DNA of 64,000 nt from a virus (Duplodnaviria; Caudoviricetes), in the IMG/VR virus record IMGVR_UViG_3300021255_000123, positions 1-64,000 of that record. One strand, written 5' to 3'. Every line of letters starts with the position of its first letter. Positions within the stretch are counted from its first letter, which is position 1. Shown here one piece after another: positions 27,396 to 35,329 of the stretch. A program made the position numbers and the translations under genes. A model generated the notes under the pieces. The model did not search any database, was not told the origin of the DNA, and saw only the letters and a program-made list of their open reading frames with translations.

Positions 27396-27653
27396 TCATG
27401 TGTCTTCTTCATAATATTCTACAGACGTTGGACTAATTGTTGCCATAAAGTTCTCATCACGAACAATGGTAACAGCGATTGACTTATAGTTCACGTCTAT
27501 ATAGTGTTCTTCATCATTTTTTCGGATTATGTTTGCTTTAACGTCCATAAATTCGGACGTTAGTACATCTTCAATATCCTCAAATGGGAAGCTGCGTACA
27601 ATATCAAGTAATTCGGTGTATGCTTGAATTGCTTTGTATGGGAGTATTGTCAT
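27396..27653 (-). CDS. Hypothetical early protein
   Basis: 85-aa ORF. Confidence 0.55.
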   Translation of the reverse strand: MTILPYKAIQAYTELLDIVRSFPFEDIEDVLTSEFMDVKANIIRKNDEEHYIDVNYKSIAVTIVRDENFMATISPTSVEYYEEDT

Positions 27654-27665
27654 GTCTTGATGTTT

Positions 27666-27905
27666 TTAATTGATTAGTTGAGGACCAGAGGAGAGGCACC
27701 ACATATTGCAAGCCATGCGTACCTCGCTCGGCTCGTGTTTACCCCTCAACGCCTCGGTCAGTTTATCCATGAGTTTCTCATAGACGCTCATGCGGAGTTT
27801 GTGCTTGCAGCAGTCGATAGGATTGTCCTCTGTTACTTCGTTAATATCCACGGACGGCTCACTTTGCAGGTAGCACTCGCGGACGAAATCGTTGAATGTT
27901 TCCAT
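27666..27905 (-). CDS. Hypothetical early protein
   Basis: 79-aa ORF. Confidence 0.6.
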   Translation of the reverse strand: METFNDFVRECYLQSEPSVDINEVTEDNPIDCCKHKLRMSVYEKLMDKLTEALRGKHEPSEVRMACNMWCLSSGPQLIN

Positions 27906-28171
27906 GTCGTTATCCTCTCTTGGTTATCGTTATCAGCCCAAGTGCGTTCTTCCTGCGCACATAGTCGCAGGCTTTTTTCTCGTTGTGTGTCATCATGCCG
28001 CACACAATTCGGCCTTCGTTGTTCATACATAATATGTGGATTTTCATCGTATTGGTGATTTAAGGTTGATAATCGTAAAGGTCGGTGTAGAGGTCGCATA
28101 GTTGACGTATTTCATCGTACACAGGCAGGTCAAGGTTATTTCCGTACATTCTTCGCCTCCTTCCTATCGTA

Positions 28172-28369
28172 TTAAAATCGTACTAAATTCGCCATACGGC
28201 TAATGTATTCGTCGTAGGTATTGCTGCCAGCGACATAACGCTCCCAGAAATTCTTCGCACCACGCTCCGTCTTGTGGTAGACGTACTCGTAGCACCTGGT
28301 CTTCCTGTTGTATAAGGTCGTTACGTATTCACCGTAGCGACCCGCCTGATAATTCTTGTAAGTCTTCAT
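28172..28369 (-). CDS. Hypothetical early protein
   Basis: 65-aa Tyr-rich ORF. Confidence 0.55.
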   Translation of the reverse strand: MKTYKNYQAGRYGEYVTTLYNRKTRCYEYVYHKTERGAKNFWERYVAGSNTYDEYISRMANLVRF

Positions 28370-28377
28370 TGTATTTC

Positions 28378-28740
28378 TTATTCTGCGCCAACAAAGGCGA
28401 CTTGGTTGTTATACTCGACCGTTACGGCCTCTTGTTTGTACTCTCTGGCTATTCTTCTGGCGATGTCTACCACCTCGTCAGCATGTGCCACGGATTGTTC
28501 GGTCGTGCAGTATGCGTACACGATGGTAACTTGTTCCGTCACCACTTTCCCGTCGGCACATCGCCATCCACCAAGCGCAGGAGTCGCGGTTGCACCACCG
28601 AAGAGGTCTGACAATTCACCAATGACACGCTCGACCTCTTTCGTGTTGTCGATGTGTTCATTCACATTCATTGTGCTTGGGACGTAAATTGCCCATCTGC
28701 AGTTCAAATCGAATTTGAATTTCAATTCTTTCGTTTTCAT
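28378..28740 (-). CDS. DUF3574-like (PII/CutA-like fold) protein
   Basis: FGGATATPALGGW...EQVTIVYAY...IAREYKQEAVTVE pattern. Confidence 0.55.
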   Translation of the reverse strand: MKTKELKFKFDLNCRWAIYVPSTMNVNEHIDNTKEVERVIGELSDLFGGATATPALGGWRCADGKVVTEQVTIVYAYCTTEQSVAHADEVVDIARRIAREYKQEAVTVEYNNQVAFVGAE

Positions 28741-28964
28741 TGTTCGCCTCCTTTCCATTCTAATCCTAAAAAGATTGTTATCCACAAAAACATTGAGACA
28801 AGGTAAGCCACCCCCCAAAAGGTCGGGGTGTCTTGTTGGAACATTAATGTTATTTGTTTGTTTATTGTCTGGAATACAACTGGCGCAATGGCGGCCACTG
28901 CAAACAGTATCATGGTGAACATCACCCACCATTCTGAGCCCAAAAATCTCTTAATTGCTTTCAT
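28737..28964 (-). CDS. Small two-TM membrane protein
   Basis: Two hydrophobic segments; ATGA overlap with downstream gene. Confidence 0.6.
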   Translation of the reverse strand: MKAIKRFLGSEWWVMFTMILFAVAAIAPVVFQTINKQITLMFQQDTPTFWGVAYLVSMFLWITIFLGLEWKGGEQ

Positions 28965-29094
28965 TGTTAAAAATATTAAATTGTTTGTAAATTCCACAAA
29001 ATTGTCTATCACGTGCGTACACCTGCACGTTAAATAAAACTACTCGTGCACCCGCGTCCCGTCGCGTGCGCAGTTATACTACAAGTATTATTCT

Positions 29095-29368
29095 CATTCG
29101 TGGGTGCGGGAGTTATTCGGGGCACACTATTCGCCCAGACTATTCATCGACAATTCGGACATAGTACGGACTATTCGGGTTATTCGTTTATACTTCGTAC
29201 TTTCGTACATAGCAACCACGACGCAATTTCTCGCACCGTGGCCATATTATTCTCGCACACTATTCGCTCACAACTCACACCCGTACCTAGTACCGGCAAA
29301 TTCTTTTTTATCCCATGTATTGCGGCTATTCTTCACCCTCATTTTTACACTATTCGTGCGACAATTCA
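29095..29368. repeat. Cluster of short TATTCG / ACACTATTCG direct repeats
   Basis: TATTCG at 29114, 29128, 29172, 29181, 29261, 29351; ACACTATTCG at 29124, 29257, 29347; several one-mismatch variants. Confidence 0.65.
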
Positions 29369-29513
29369 CACGTTCTTTGTACACATGAATGTCGTTTAAC
29401 TTGTCCGGCAATTCTTTATTATACCCAAGTTTCACGGCATAGTTCATTGCCTCGCTACGGGTGCAAAATGTGGACACAATGCACCCGTATTTGTACACAT
29501 GATATTCTCCCAT
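29268..29513 (-). CDS. Hypothetical early protein
   Basis: 81-aa ORF. Confidence 0.45.
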   Translation of the reverse strand: MGEYHVYKYGCIVSTFCTRSEAMNYAVKLGYNKELPDKLNDIHVYKERVNCRTNSVKMRVKNSRNTWDKKEFAGTRYGCEL

Positions 29514-29525
29514 TGTTCGTTGAGT

Positions 29526-29975
29526 TTATTTGTTGTATTTGCTTGCTTTTTTGCCTACAAGGTTGAAAAGTTTATCCGTGTTGTAATGCGAATTGTTGCA
29601 GCAACGCAACAGTTCTTCTGAGGTGCAGCAGTCAATAGTAAGTTTCATCTGGTCGATTGTGAAGGGATATTTCTTTTTCAACATGATATTGCGTAATGTG
29701 CTTTTTGCCTTATTTTTCAATTCCAATTCACTCAATTTACAGTGCTCAATCATGGTTATTCCACATGATTTTGTGCCCCAATTGTTACTGTTTGCATTTG
29801 CAATTGCACGGACATTCAACCACAATTGAATGTTTAGTTTCCGAAGCAATTGCATTGCGTGGTGGTACTTGTTTTTTAGTAACATACATTTTGCAATGTC
29901 ATTGTTTGCAATTGCGTTGTTTGCAATATTTACAACAATTTCGTTTGCTTTTTCGTTTTTAACAATGTGTTTCAT
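29526..29975 (-). CDS. Asn/Lys-rich hypothetical early protein
   Basis: 149-aa ORF with AACCTTAAA leader. Confidence 0.6.
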   Translation of the reverse strand: MKHIVKNEKANEIVVNIANNAIANNDIAKCMLLKNKYHHAMQLLRKLNIQLWLNVRAIANANSNNWGTKSCGITMIEHCKLSELELKNKAKSTLRNIMLKKKYPFTIDQMKLTIDCCTSEELLRCCNNSHYNTDKLFNLVGKKASKYNK

Positions 29976-30041
29976 AATGTTATAAATTTTAAGGTTATTA
30001 ATAAATTAGTGCCGTTGTGTTATCGAAAACTATTTGCGTAA

Positions 30042-30057
30042 TGTTTCACGTGAAACA
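30042..30057. promoter_or_regulatory. parS: parS site 1 (chromosomal ParB/Spo0J consensus)
   Basis: TGTTTCACGTGAAACA, inside a 22-bp perfect palindrome 30039-30060. Confidence 0.8.
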
Positions 30058-30119
30058 TTACCAAACAACGGCAATATAGAGTTACTAATTTGCGTTATTC
30101 GTTTCTGTCAACGCAACAA

Positions 30120-30135
30120 TGTTTCACGTGAAACA
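30120..30135. promoter_or_regulatory. parS: parS site 2
   Basis: TGTTTCACGTGAAACA, inside a 24-bp perfect palindrome 30116-30139. Confidence 0.8.
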
Positions 30136-30218
30136 TTGTGTTGCAAACCTGTCTTAACTATTTTTGCAACAATTAGTTAGTTATTGGCTCAATTAATGCA
30201 ATTGCGTTATTTGCTTTC

Positions 30219-30569
30219 CTATTTTGCACATATTGCAGAATGTGTTGTGTATGTTTTCCACATTGCGCACACTCTAATTGTCAGTGTAATATTGTCCGGT
30301 TGCATAGTTGTATATGCAGCGCCATGAATATGTGTGTACACTATATATAGCAAGTGCCAAACCTTAACACAATATACAACGTATTGTGCTTTCGTTGTGT
30401 CAATACTTACATAACTGGCAACTTGTTTTGTCATGCAGTATATTGACAATGTTTTATTGCTATATAGTGAGTTATACAATTGTAAGTGCAATTTGCGTTG
30501 TATCATACAAACAATTGTATAACTGACAATTTGCAATGTTTTGTTGTGTCTGTCTGTTTCAACAAACAT
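30219..30569 (-). CDS. Hypothetical protein with biased composition
   Basis: 116-aa ORF poor in G/E/D/P. Confidence 0.4.
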   Translation of the reverse strand: MFVETDRHNKTLQIVSYTIVCMIQRKLHLQLYNSLYSNKTLSIYCMTKQVASYVSIDTTKAQYVVYCVKVWHLLYIVYTHIHGAAYTTMQPDNITLTIRVCAMWKTYTTHSAICAK

Positions 30570-30889
30570 AACTTACACTTTTATATATTTTGTTGGCTGG
30601 TTTGTTTTCTGTTATTGCCGTTAGTGTATTGGCAGTGCAAAATATACAATGTATATCGTTATTTTCGTTTAATATACACAACGTTTCCCGTTTCTTATCC
30701 TCTCATGCCTTTCGGTATCATGAATGCCAATGTGAGTTGCAAAAACTCTAACAACGTTTGTTTCTGTGTCAATAAACTATATTACGGCTGTTTCAACTGC
30801 CTCAATGTTTCATGAATAACATACTTTTTCAACCCGCCAGCCAGTGTGTCAAAGAACTTTCGAAAACCTTTTTGTTTCGTTTTCGGTTG

Positions 30890-30897
30890 CAAAAGTA
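30890..30897 (-). promoter_or_regulatory. Bacteroidota -7 element, leftward early promoter
   Basis: TACTTTTG on minus strand at the head of the leftward gene array. Confidence 0.6.
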
Positions 30898-31199
30898 CAA
30901 CGACTTTCGGACACTTTCGGAAAAACACGTTTTTTTTAACATTTTCGGACCGGCTGAACGCTGTAAAGTGCTGAAAATGAAAGGGTACACCCCCGAACGC
31001 CAACCGTGGTGCGCCGGTATGCTCCCCATCGATATTTTTTATTTTTTAATTTTTTCTGATTTTTATTTTTCATTTTTTTATTTTATTATTTTATACGTCA
31101 GGTAGTTGTGTGAGGTCAGTTAAATTGACACTTGAACAATAAAATCGGTGGTGCTGCGTTATATGGATATAATTTATTAACTATAAAACTAGAATAGAT

Positions 31200-31475
31200 A
31201 TGTGTTGTAAATGGATAAAAGAGTCGAACAGGATGTACCATGTGTATGTCGGGTTCGTAGCGGCCTTGTTCGGGACCATAGTGGGCGCCATTGAGGTTGG
31301 AGTGGCTATGGAGGCCAAGGATTGTCATCACGATGCAGCTAATACCGGGAAGAAGCCGTGGGAGTGGACGTGGAGGTGCTTTGACTGGAAGGACTTTGCC
31401 GCGACGGTCGTCGGCGGTATATTGGGCCAGCTGGTGCAGCTTGGGGTGGTCTGGCTGATATTTTTGCGGAAATAG
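31200..31475 (+). CDS. Small membrane protein
   Basis: Two hydrophobic segments, FDWKDFAATVVGG. Confidence 0.65.
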   Translation: MCCKWIKESNRMYHVYVGFVAALFGTIVGAIEVGVAMEAKDCHHDAANTGKKPWEWTWRCFDWKDFAATVVGGILGQLVQLGVVWLIFLRK

Positions 31476-31486
31476 TGTGATTTTTT

Positions 31487-31517
31487 TTTGGTATGTTGGG
31501 AATTATGTGTATATTTG
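31487..31517 (+). promoter_or_regulatory. Bacteroidota sigma70 promoter (-33/-7)
   Basis: TTTG 31487-31490, 19-nt spacer, TATATTTG 31510-31517. Confidence 0.7.
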
Positions 31518-31541
31518 CATTGTAACATTTATGATGTAAAC

Positions 31542-31793
31542 ATGGATAAGAAAATCGAAATCAACGGCTTGGAGAGGTCTGACAAGGGCGGTTCCCATCG
31601 GAAATACCGGCATGGGGGCGTAAAAATCGGCATGTACAACTTCAACGGGGAGCTGGAGGCCGAGTTTTTGGACCTCGACTCCGCTGTCGCGGAGAATACT
31701 GTCGGTGCGACGTACCGTGGGATAGTGGACTGCATCACTGGGAAGACGAAGAAACATGCCGGGAAGATATGGAGGAAGGAGGCTGCGGTATGA
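31542..31793 (+). CDS. Stand-alone NUMOD1-type DNA-binding protein
   Basis: IGMYNFNGELEAEF..L..A....GI..CITGKTKKHAGKIWR; no nuclease domain. Confidence 0.7.
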   Translation: MDKKIEINGLERSDKGGSHRKYRHGGVKIGMYNFNGELEAEFLDLDSAVAENTVGATYRGIVDCITGKTKKHAGKIWRKEAAV

Positions 31794-32080
31794 TGGGCCA
31801 AGGGACACTGAGGATAGAGGTGGCGACGCTAATGAAGCTGCTGCCGCTGTGGATGCGGACCGCCGGGTTCGTGGTTGACGACAGCAAGATAGCCGCCACG
31901 GGGATGATGTGGGTGGACGCCGGCACGTTGGGCTTCGGCTCCAGAGAGATTGCCGGCTACTTTGCATCGATGCTGCGGGGCCTGACGATTATAGACGGCG
32001 GCCTGTGGTACAAGGTTGACGACGAGCGCCGGGTGGTGTTTGTGAAGATAGAATACGATAATAACCAACAAAAAGACTGA
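31790..32080 (+). CDS. Hypothetical protein
   Basis: 96-aa ORF, ATGA-coupled. Confidence 0.6.
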   Translation: MMGQGTLRIEVATLMKLLPLWMRTAGFVVDDSKIAATGMMWVDAGTLGFGSREIAGYFASMLRGLTIIDGGLWYKVDDERRVVFVKIEYDNNQQKD

Positions 32081-32084
32081 TACG

Positions 32085-32246
32085 ATGTTTTGGAAGATAT
32101 TTTTGATAGTTGTAGCGGTGCTACTGCTGTTGTTCCTGCTGTTTGCCGTGTTCTTTTGCGTCGGCCTTGCCGTGATGCTGAACGGCGACGACGAGGGGAG
32201 TCTCACCGTGTTCTACCATGAAGGCGACATCGACCAAAGACTGTGA
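32085..32246 (+). CDS. Small membrane protein (53 aa)
   Basis: Hand-translated MFWKIFLIVVAVLLLLFLLFAVFFCVGLAV... Confidence 0.55.
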   Translation: MFWKIFLIVVAVLLLLFLLFAVFFCVGLAVMLNGDDEGSLTVFYHEGDIDQRL

Positions 32247-32370
32247 GGACTGGTGCGACTGGCTGTGCGAGTGCTGCGACACGACCAAATGTGCGTCGTA
32301 CAGGCCGCCTGATGTTAAACCAGAGGTTGAAGTAAACGAATGTAAACAATTAACACTCTTTGAGATATGA
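32218..32370 (+). CDS. Small Cys-rich protein (50 aa)
   Basis: CEDWCDWLCECCDTTKC, ends QLTLFEI; ATGA overlap with next gene. Confidence 0.5.
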   Translation: MKATSTKDCEDWCDWLCECCDTTKCASYRPPDVKPEVEVNECKQLTLFEI

Positions 32371-32693
32371 AGAACAATAAACTCTTTATCGCCATGCCGT
32401 CTATGGCCGAGGCCCTGATGGACGACCTGCGCAAGAAGCTCGAAATCGCCGACACCCTGTTCGACAGGCACGGCAATGCGGACGTGGCTCTCCGCGAGAA
32501 CCACTACGGCTTCTCCACCGTGGCGCCCAAGAAGACTGACAGCAAGTTCCGGTGCTTCCGGCGTATGCTCGGATGCTCGTTCATCTACATGCCGTGCGGA
32601 TGGCACAATGACGACTGCAGCCGCAAGGCTTTCGCGTGGGCCGAGTTCCTCGGCAAGAAAGTAATCTTCGAGGAGGACGGACGATGCAGATAA
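32367..32693 (+). CDS. DUF4406/DUF1937-like (nucleoside deoxyribosyltransferase-fold) protein
   Basis: KLFIAMP...IYMPCGW..D.CSRKAFAWAEFLGKKVIF. Confidence 0.55.
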   Translation: MKNNKLFIAMPSMAEALMDDLRKKLEIADTLFDRHGNADVALRENHYGFSTVAPKKTDSKFRCFRRMLGCSFIYMPCGWHNDDCSRKAFAWAEFLGKKVIFEEDGRCR

Positions 32694-33181
32694 GGGATTG
32701 GGTCAGCCTGATGTCCCGCAACGGTCAGGTATGCACGTCGTACATGCGCAAGCTGGGAGCAGTAGAGACCAAGGAGGACATGTTCCGAGTCCTGTGCGAC
32801 GCCAACGGTGGCGCGTGGCTCTTCGAGCTTGCTGCAAAGGACTTCCGTCTGCTCCCCGTCGAACAGTTTATGAAGGAGTTTGACGAGTACATCAACGGCA
32901 AGCGCGTCATGCAGTACCCGAAGGGCTACAGCGGCAAGTTCTACTGCCGGCACGACGGCGAGATTGTGGCCGACGCCACTCTGGTGTACGTTCTCGACTG
33001 CCCGGACGCCAAGATTACGGTGCCGAAGAACATGTACCCGTCGGTCATCCTGTCGCCACACTCCCATGCCACGATTGCCGTGGAGCCGGGTGCCCGCCTG
33101 AACATCGAAACCTACGGCGACGCATCGGTGAAGTCCATTGCCGGCGACATGAGCCGGGTAAGAGTCAAGAACAATGTCTGA
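32684..33181 (+). CDS. Hypothetical phage protein
   Basis: 165-aa ORF from MQIRDW. Confidence 0.7.
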   Translation: MQIRDWVSLMSRNGQVCTSYMRKLGAVETKEDMFRVLCDANGGAWLFELAAKDFRLLPVEQFMKEFDEYINGKRVMQYPKGYSGKFYCRHDGEIVADATLVYVLDCPDAKITVPKNMYPSVILSPHSHATIAVEPGARLNIETYGDASVKSIAGDMSRVRVKNNV

Positions 33182-33596
33182 CGAGGAGCGCGACATATAC
33201 GAGGATTTGACGTCCTACGGACCGGAGGAAGGCTCGTCAGGCCCGATTACGGGCGTGAAGGTCTATGACGGGCACAGCTGGTACATAACGACCCGCCTGT
33301 CGGACATCGTGGGCGCCGAAATCATCGAGAAGGAGGACGAGGACACCGGAAGGCCCGTCCGTGGTTTGTTCCTGCCATTCGGGATGTCCGGCCTGACGGT
33401 AACGCCGAAGAAGAACGTCCTCTTGGTCTGCAAGGCGCAGATGGCTCAGGTTGCTTCGAGCAAGTACACCCACCTTCTCACCCAGATAATCGACAAGACG
33501 GTCGCCGAGGCCAGAAAGAAGCTCGGTTTCCAGCAAAACTATATAGGGCACATGCGTCAGGCTGGCCCAAAACCACTCAAAAAACGTAAAAAATAA
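33174..33596 (+). CDS. Hypothetical phage protein
   Basis: 140-aa ORF; GLFLP pattern. Confidence 0.7.
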   Translation: MSDEERDIYEDLTSYGPEEGSSGPITGVKVYDGHSWYITTRLSDIVGAEIIEKEDEDTGRPVRGLFLPFGMSGLTVTPKKNVLLVCKAQMAQVASSKYTHLLTQIIDKTVAEARKKLGFQQNYIGHMRQAGPKPLKKRKK

Positions 33597-33597
33597 C

Positions 33598-33828
33598 ATG
33601 AAAGAAAGGCAGATAGGAGAAAAATTCAAGTACCCCGGATTGGGGACTCTCATGGTAGTTCGGGAAGGCGCCGTGAACGAGTGCCACGGGTGCATATTCA
33701 ACGGTCCCAAGCACTGCGAGAACGACGTTGATAAGATTCACACCGGCAGCTGCGCCCTCAGCGAGAGGAGCGACAAATACGGTGTGATTTTCGTCAAATC
33801 GACCAAGGAAGGAGGTGCCAATGCGTGA
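33598..33828 (+). CDS. Small Cys-containing hypothetical protein
   Basis: CHGCIF...C...CALSERSDKYGVIFVK. Confidence 0.7.
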   Translation: MKERQIGEKFKYPGLGTLMVVREGAVNECHGCIFNGPKHCENDVDKIHTGSCALSERSDKYGVIFVKSTKEGGANA

Positions 33829-34210
33829 CATTCTGTTTAGAGGCAAGAAGGAGTCCGGAGAATGGGTGTATGGCGACCTTCTTCACATCAATGATGAATA
33901 CGAGATTGGAGTCCCAGGAAAGGGTGTTTCGCGTGTATGTGGCGAGACTGTCGGCCAGTACACCGGACTGAACGACAAGAACGGCAAGAAAATCTTTGAA
34001 GGCGACTACTTGAAGACAAGAGCGCTCACTGGAGAGGTGTATGTTCAGGAGGTTCGCTGGACCAACAAATTCAATATCGTTGGATTCCGTATGGTTGACA
34101 GTGATGAGTATTGGGATGATTTCGACGACTATGAGGGTCGTATTGAAGTTGTTGGAAATATCCATGACGACGATATTGAAAAAATCAAAGAGGAGGTCTA
34201 CAATGCTTAA
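33821..34210 (+). CDS. YopX-family protein
   Basis: MRDILFRGK...WVYGDL...VGQYTGLNDKNGKKIFEGD...IEVVGNIHD. Confidence 0.9.
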   Translation: MRDILFRGKKESGEWVYGDLLHINDEYEIGVPGKGVSRVCGETVGQYTGLNDKNGKKIFEGDYLKTRALTGEVYVQEVRWTNKFNIVGFRMVDSDEYWDDFDDYEGRIEVVGNIHDDDIEKIKEEVYNA

Positions 34211-34384
34211 AGTTGACGATACCGGACGAGGAGTCCTGCAATTCGAGTCCACGGGGGTTGTCCGGCGCATACCGCTGGAGCGCCGTGGTCATACCAAGGG
34301 CGGCAAGGAATGGACGCTCGGTTGGGGTCCTGCTGGAGGTCGGTGAGAAGCGACAAGTGCGGTGTCATTTTCATCAAAGAGTGA
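34203..34384 (+). pseudogene. Truncated, frameshifted DUF3127-like fragment fused to a copy of the 33598 ORF tail
   Basis: VRRIPLERRGHTKGGKEWTLG/G VLLEVGE matches the N-terminus of 35326-35688; 34349-34378 matches 33769-33798 at 26/30 nt. Confidence 0.65.
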
Positions 34385-34496
34385 TTTTTTTTGATATTGA
34401 CACAATAATTATGCAAAACCATCGTTATAGCAGTATCGACCATAAAACAGGGGTGTCTGCTACCATCCTTGTGCGAGATAAACGCTAATTTTAGCG

Positions 34497-34537
34497 GGAA
34501 GCCGTAGATTGTAGCAGGTCTATGGCTTCCACTTTTT
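34497..34537 (+). promoter_or_regulatory. Terminator/attenuator-like hairpin upstream of HNH gene
   Basis: GGAAGCCGTAGA / TCTATGGCTTCC stem followed by ACTTTTT. Confidence 0.55.
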
Positions 34538-34543
34538 ATAACA

Positions 34544-35329
34544 ATGGAAACAGGGAATAAAATAAACGAGGAATGGAGGCCGGTTGTCGGCTATGAAGGC
34601 ATTTATGAGGTGTCTGAATATGGTGATATTGCGTCGTTGAATTACAACAAAACAGGAGTCAGGAATATTCGTAAGCCAAAAATAACAAAAGACGGGTATC
34701 TTGAAATAGCATTATGCAAAGACTCAAAAATGAAACATGTTCGTGTTCATAGGGTTGTTGCAATGGCTTTTATTCCAAACCCAAACAATTTACCTCAGAT
34801 AAATCACAAAGACGAGAATAAGTTAAATAATCATGTTGAAAATCTTGAATGGTGTGATTTGAAGTACAATGTGAATTATGGTACGGCAATAGAAAGGCGG
34901 TCAAAGAAGATAAGTATTCCTGTTATGCAGATGTCGTTAGACGGCGATATTATTTCTGAATATGAGTCCGTCAGTGAAGCCGCAAGAAAAGTTGGGTTAA
35001 GAACAGGCGACATCGTAAATGTCTGTAATGGGAAGAATGTTTCTGCTCATGGATATAAGTGGAGATATAAAGACGATTGCTTATTCAGAAAAGCACAAAC
35101 TCGTAGAAAGAAGGTAGTGGATAAATATACAAGTAATGGCATTATATGTAGTGTTGACAATATAAAACCTGTTTTGCAATATACACTTGATGGAATTTTT
35201 ATGGAAGAACATACTAGTATCAGAGCCGCCGAGAGAAAAACAGGGATAAGACACGATTCGATATGGCAATGTTGTCACAACAAGGTCAATAAAACGCATG
35301 GATATATATTCAAATTCAAAGAAATATGA
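34544..35329 (+). CDS. NUMOD4-HNH homing endonuclease with two NUMOD1 domains
   Basis: EEWRPVVGYEGIYEVSEYG; VHRVVAMAF...INHKDENKLNNHVENLEW; two C-terminal NUMOD1 repeats; AT-rich. Confidence 0.9.
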   Translation: METGNKINEEWRPVVGYEGIYEVSEYGDIASLNYNKTGVRNIRKPKITKDGYLEIALCKDSKMKHVRVHRVVAMAFIPNPNNLPQINHKDENKLNNHVENLEWCDLKYNVNYGTAIERRSKKISIPVMQMSLDGDIISEYESVSEAARKVGLRTGDIVNVCNGKNVSAHGYKWRYKDDCLFRKAQTRRKKVVDKYTSNGIICSVDNIKPVLQYTLDGIFMEEHTSIRAAERKTGIRHDSIWQCCHNKVNKTHGYIFKFKEI

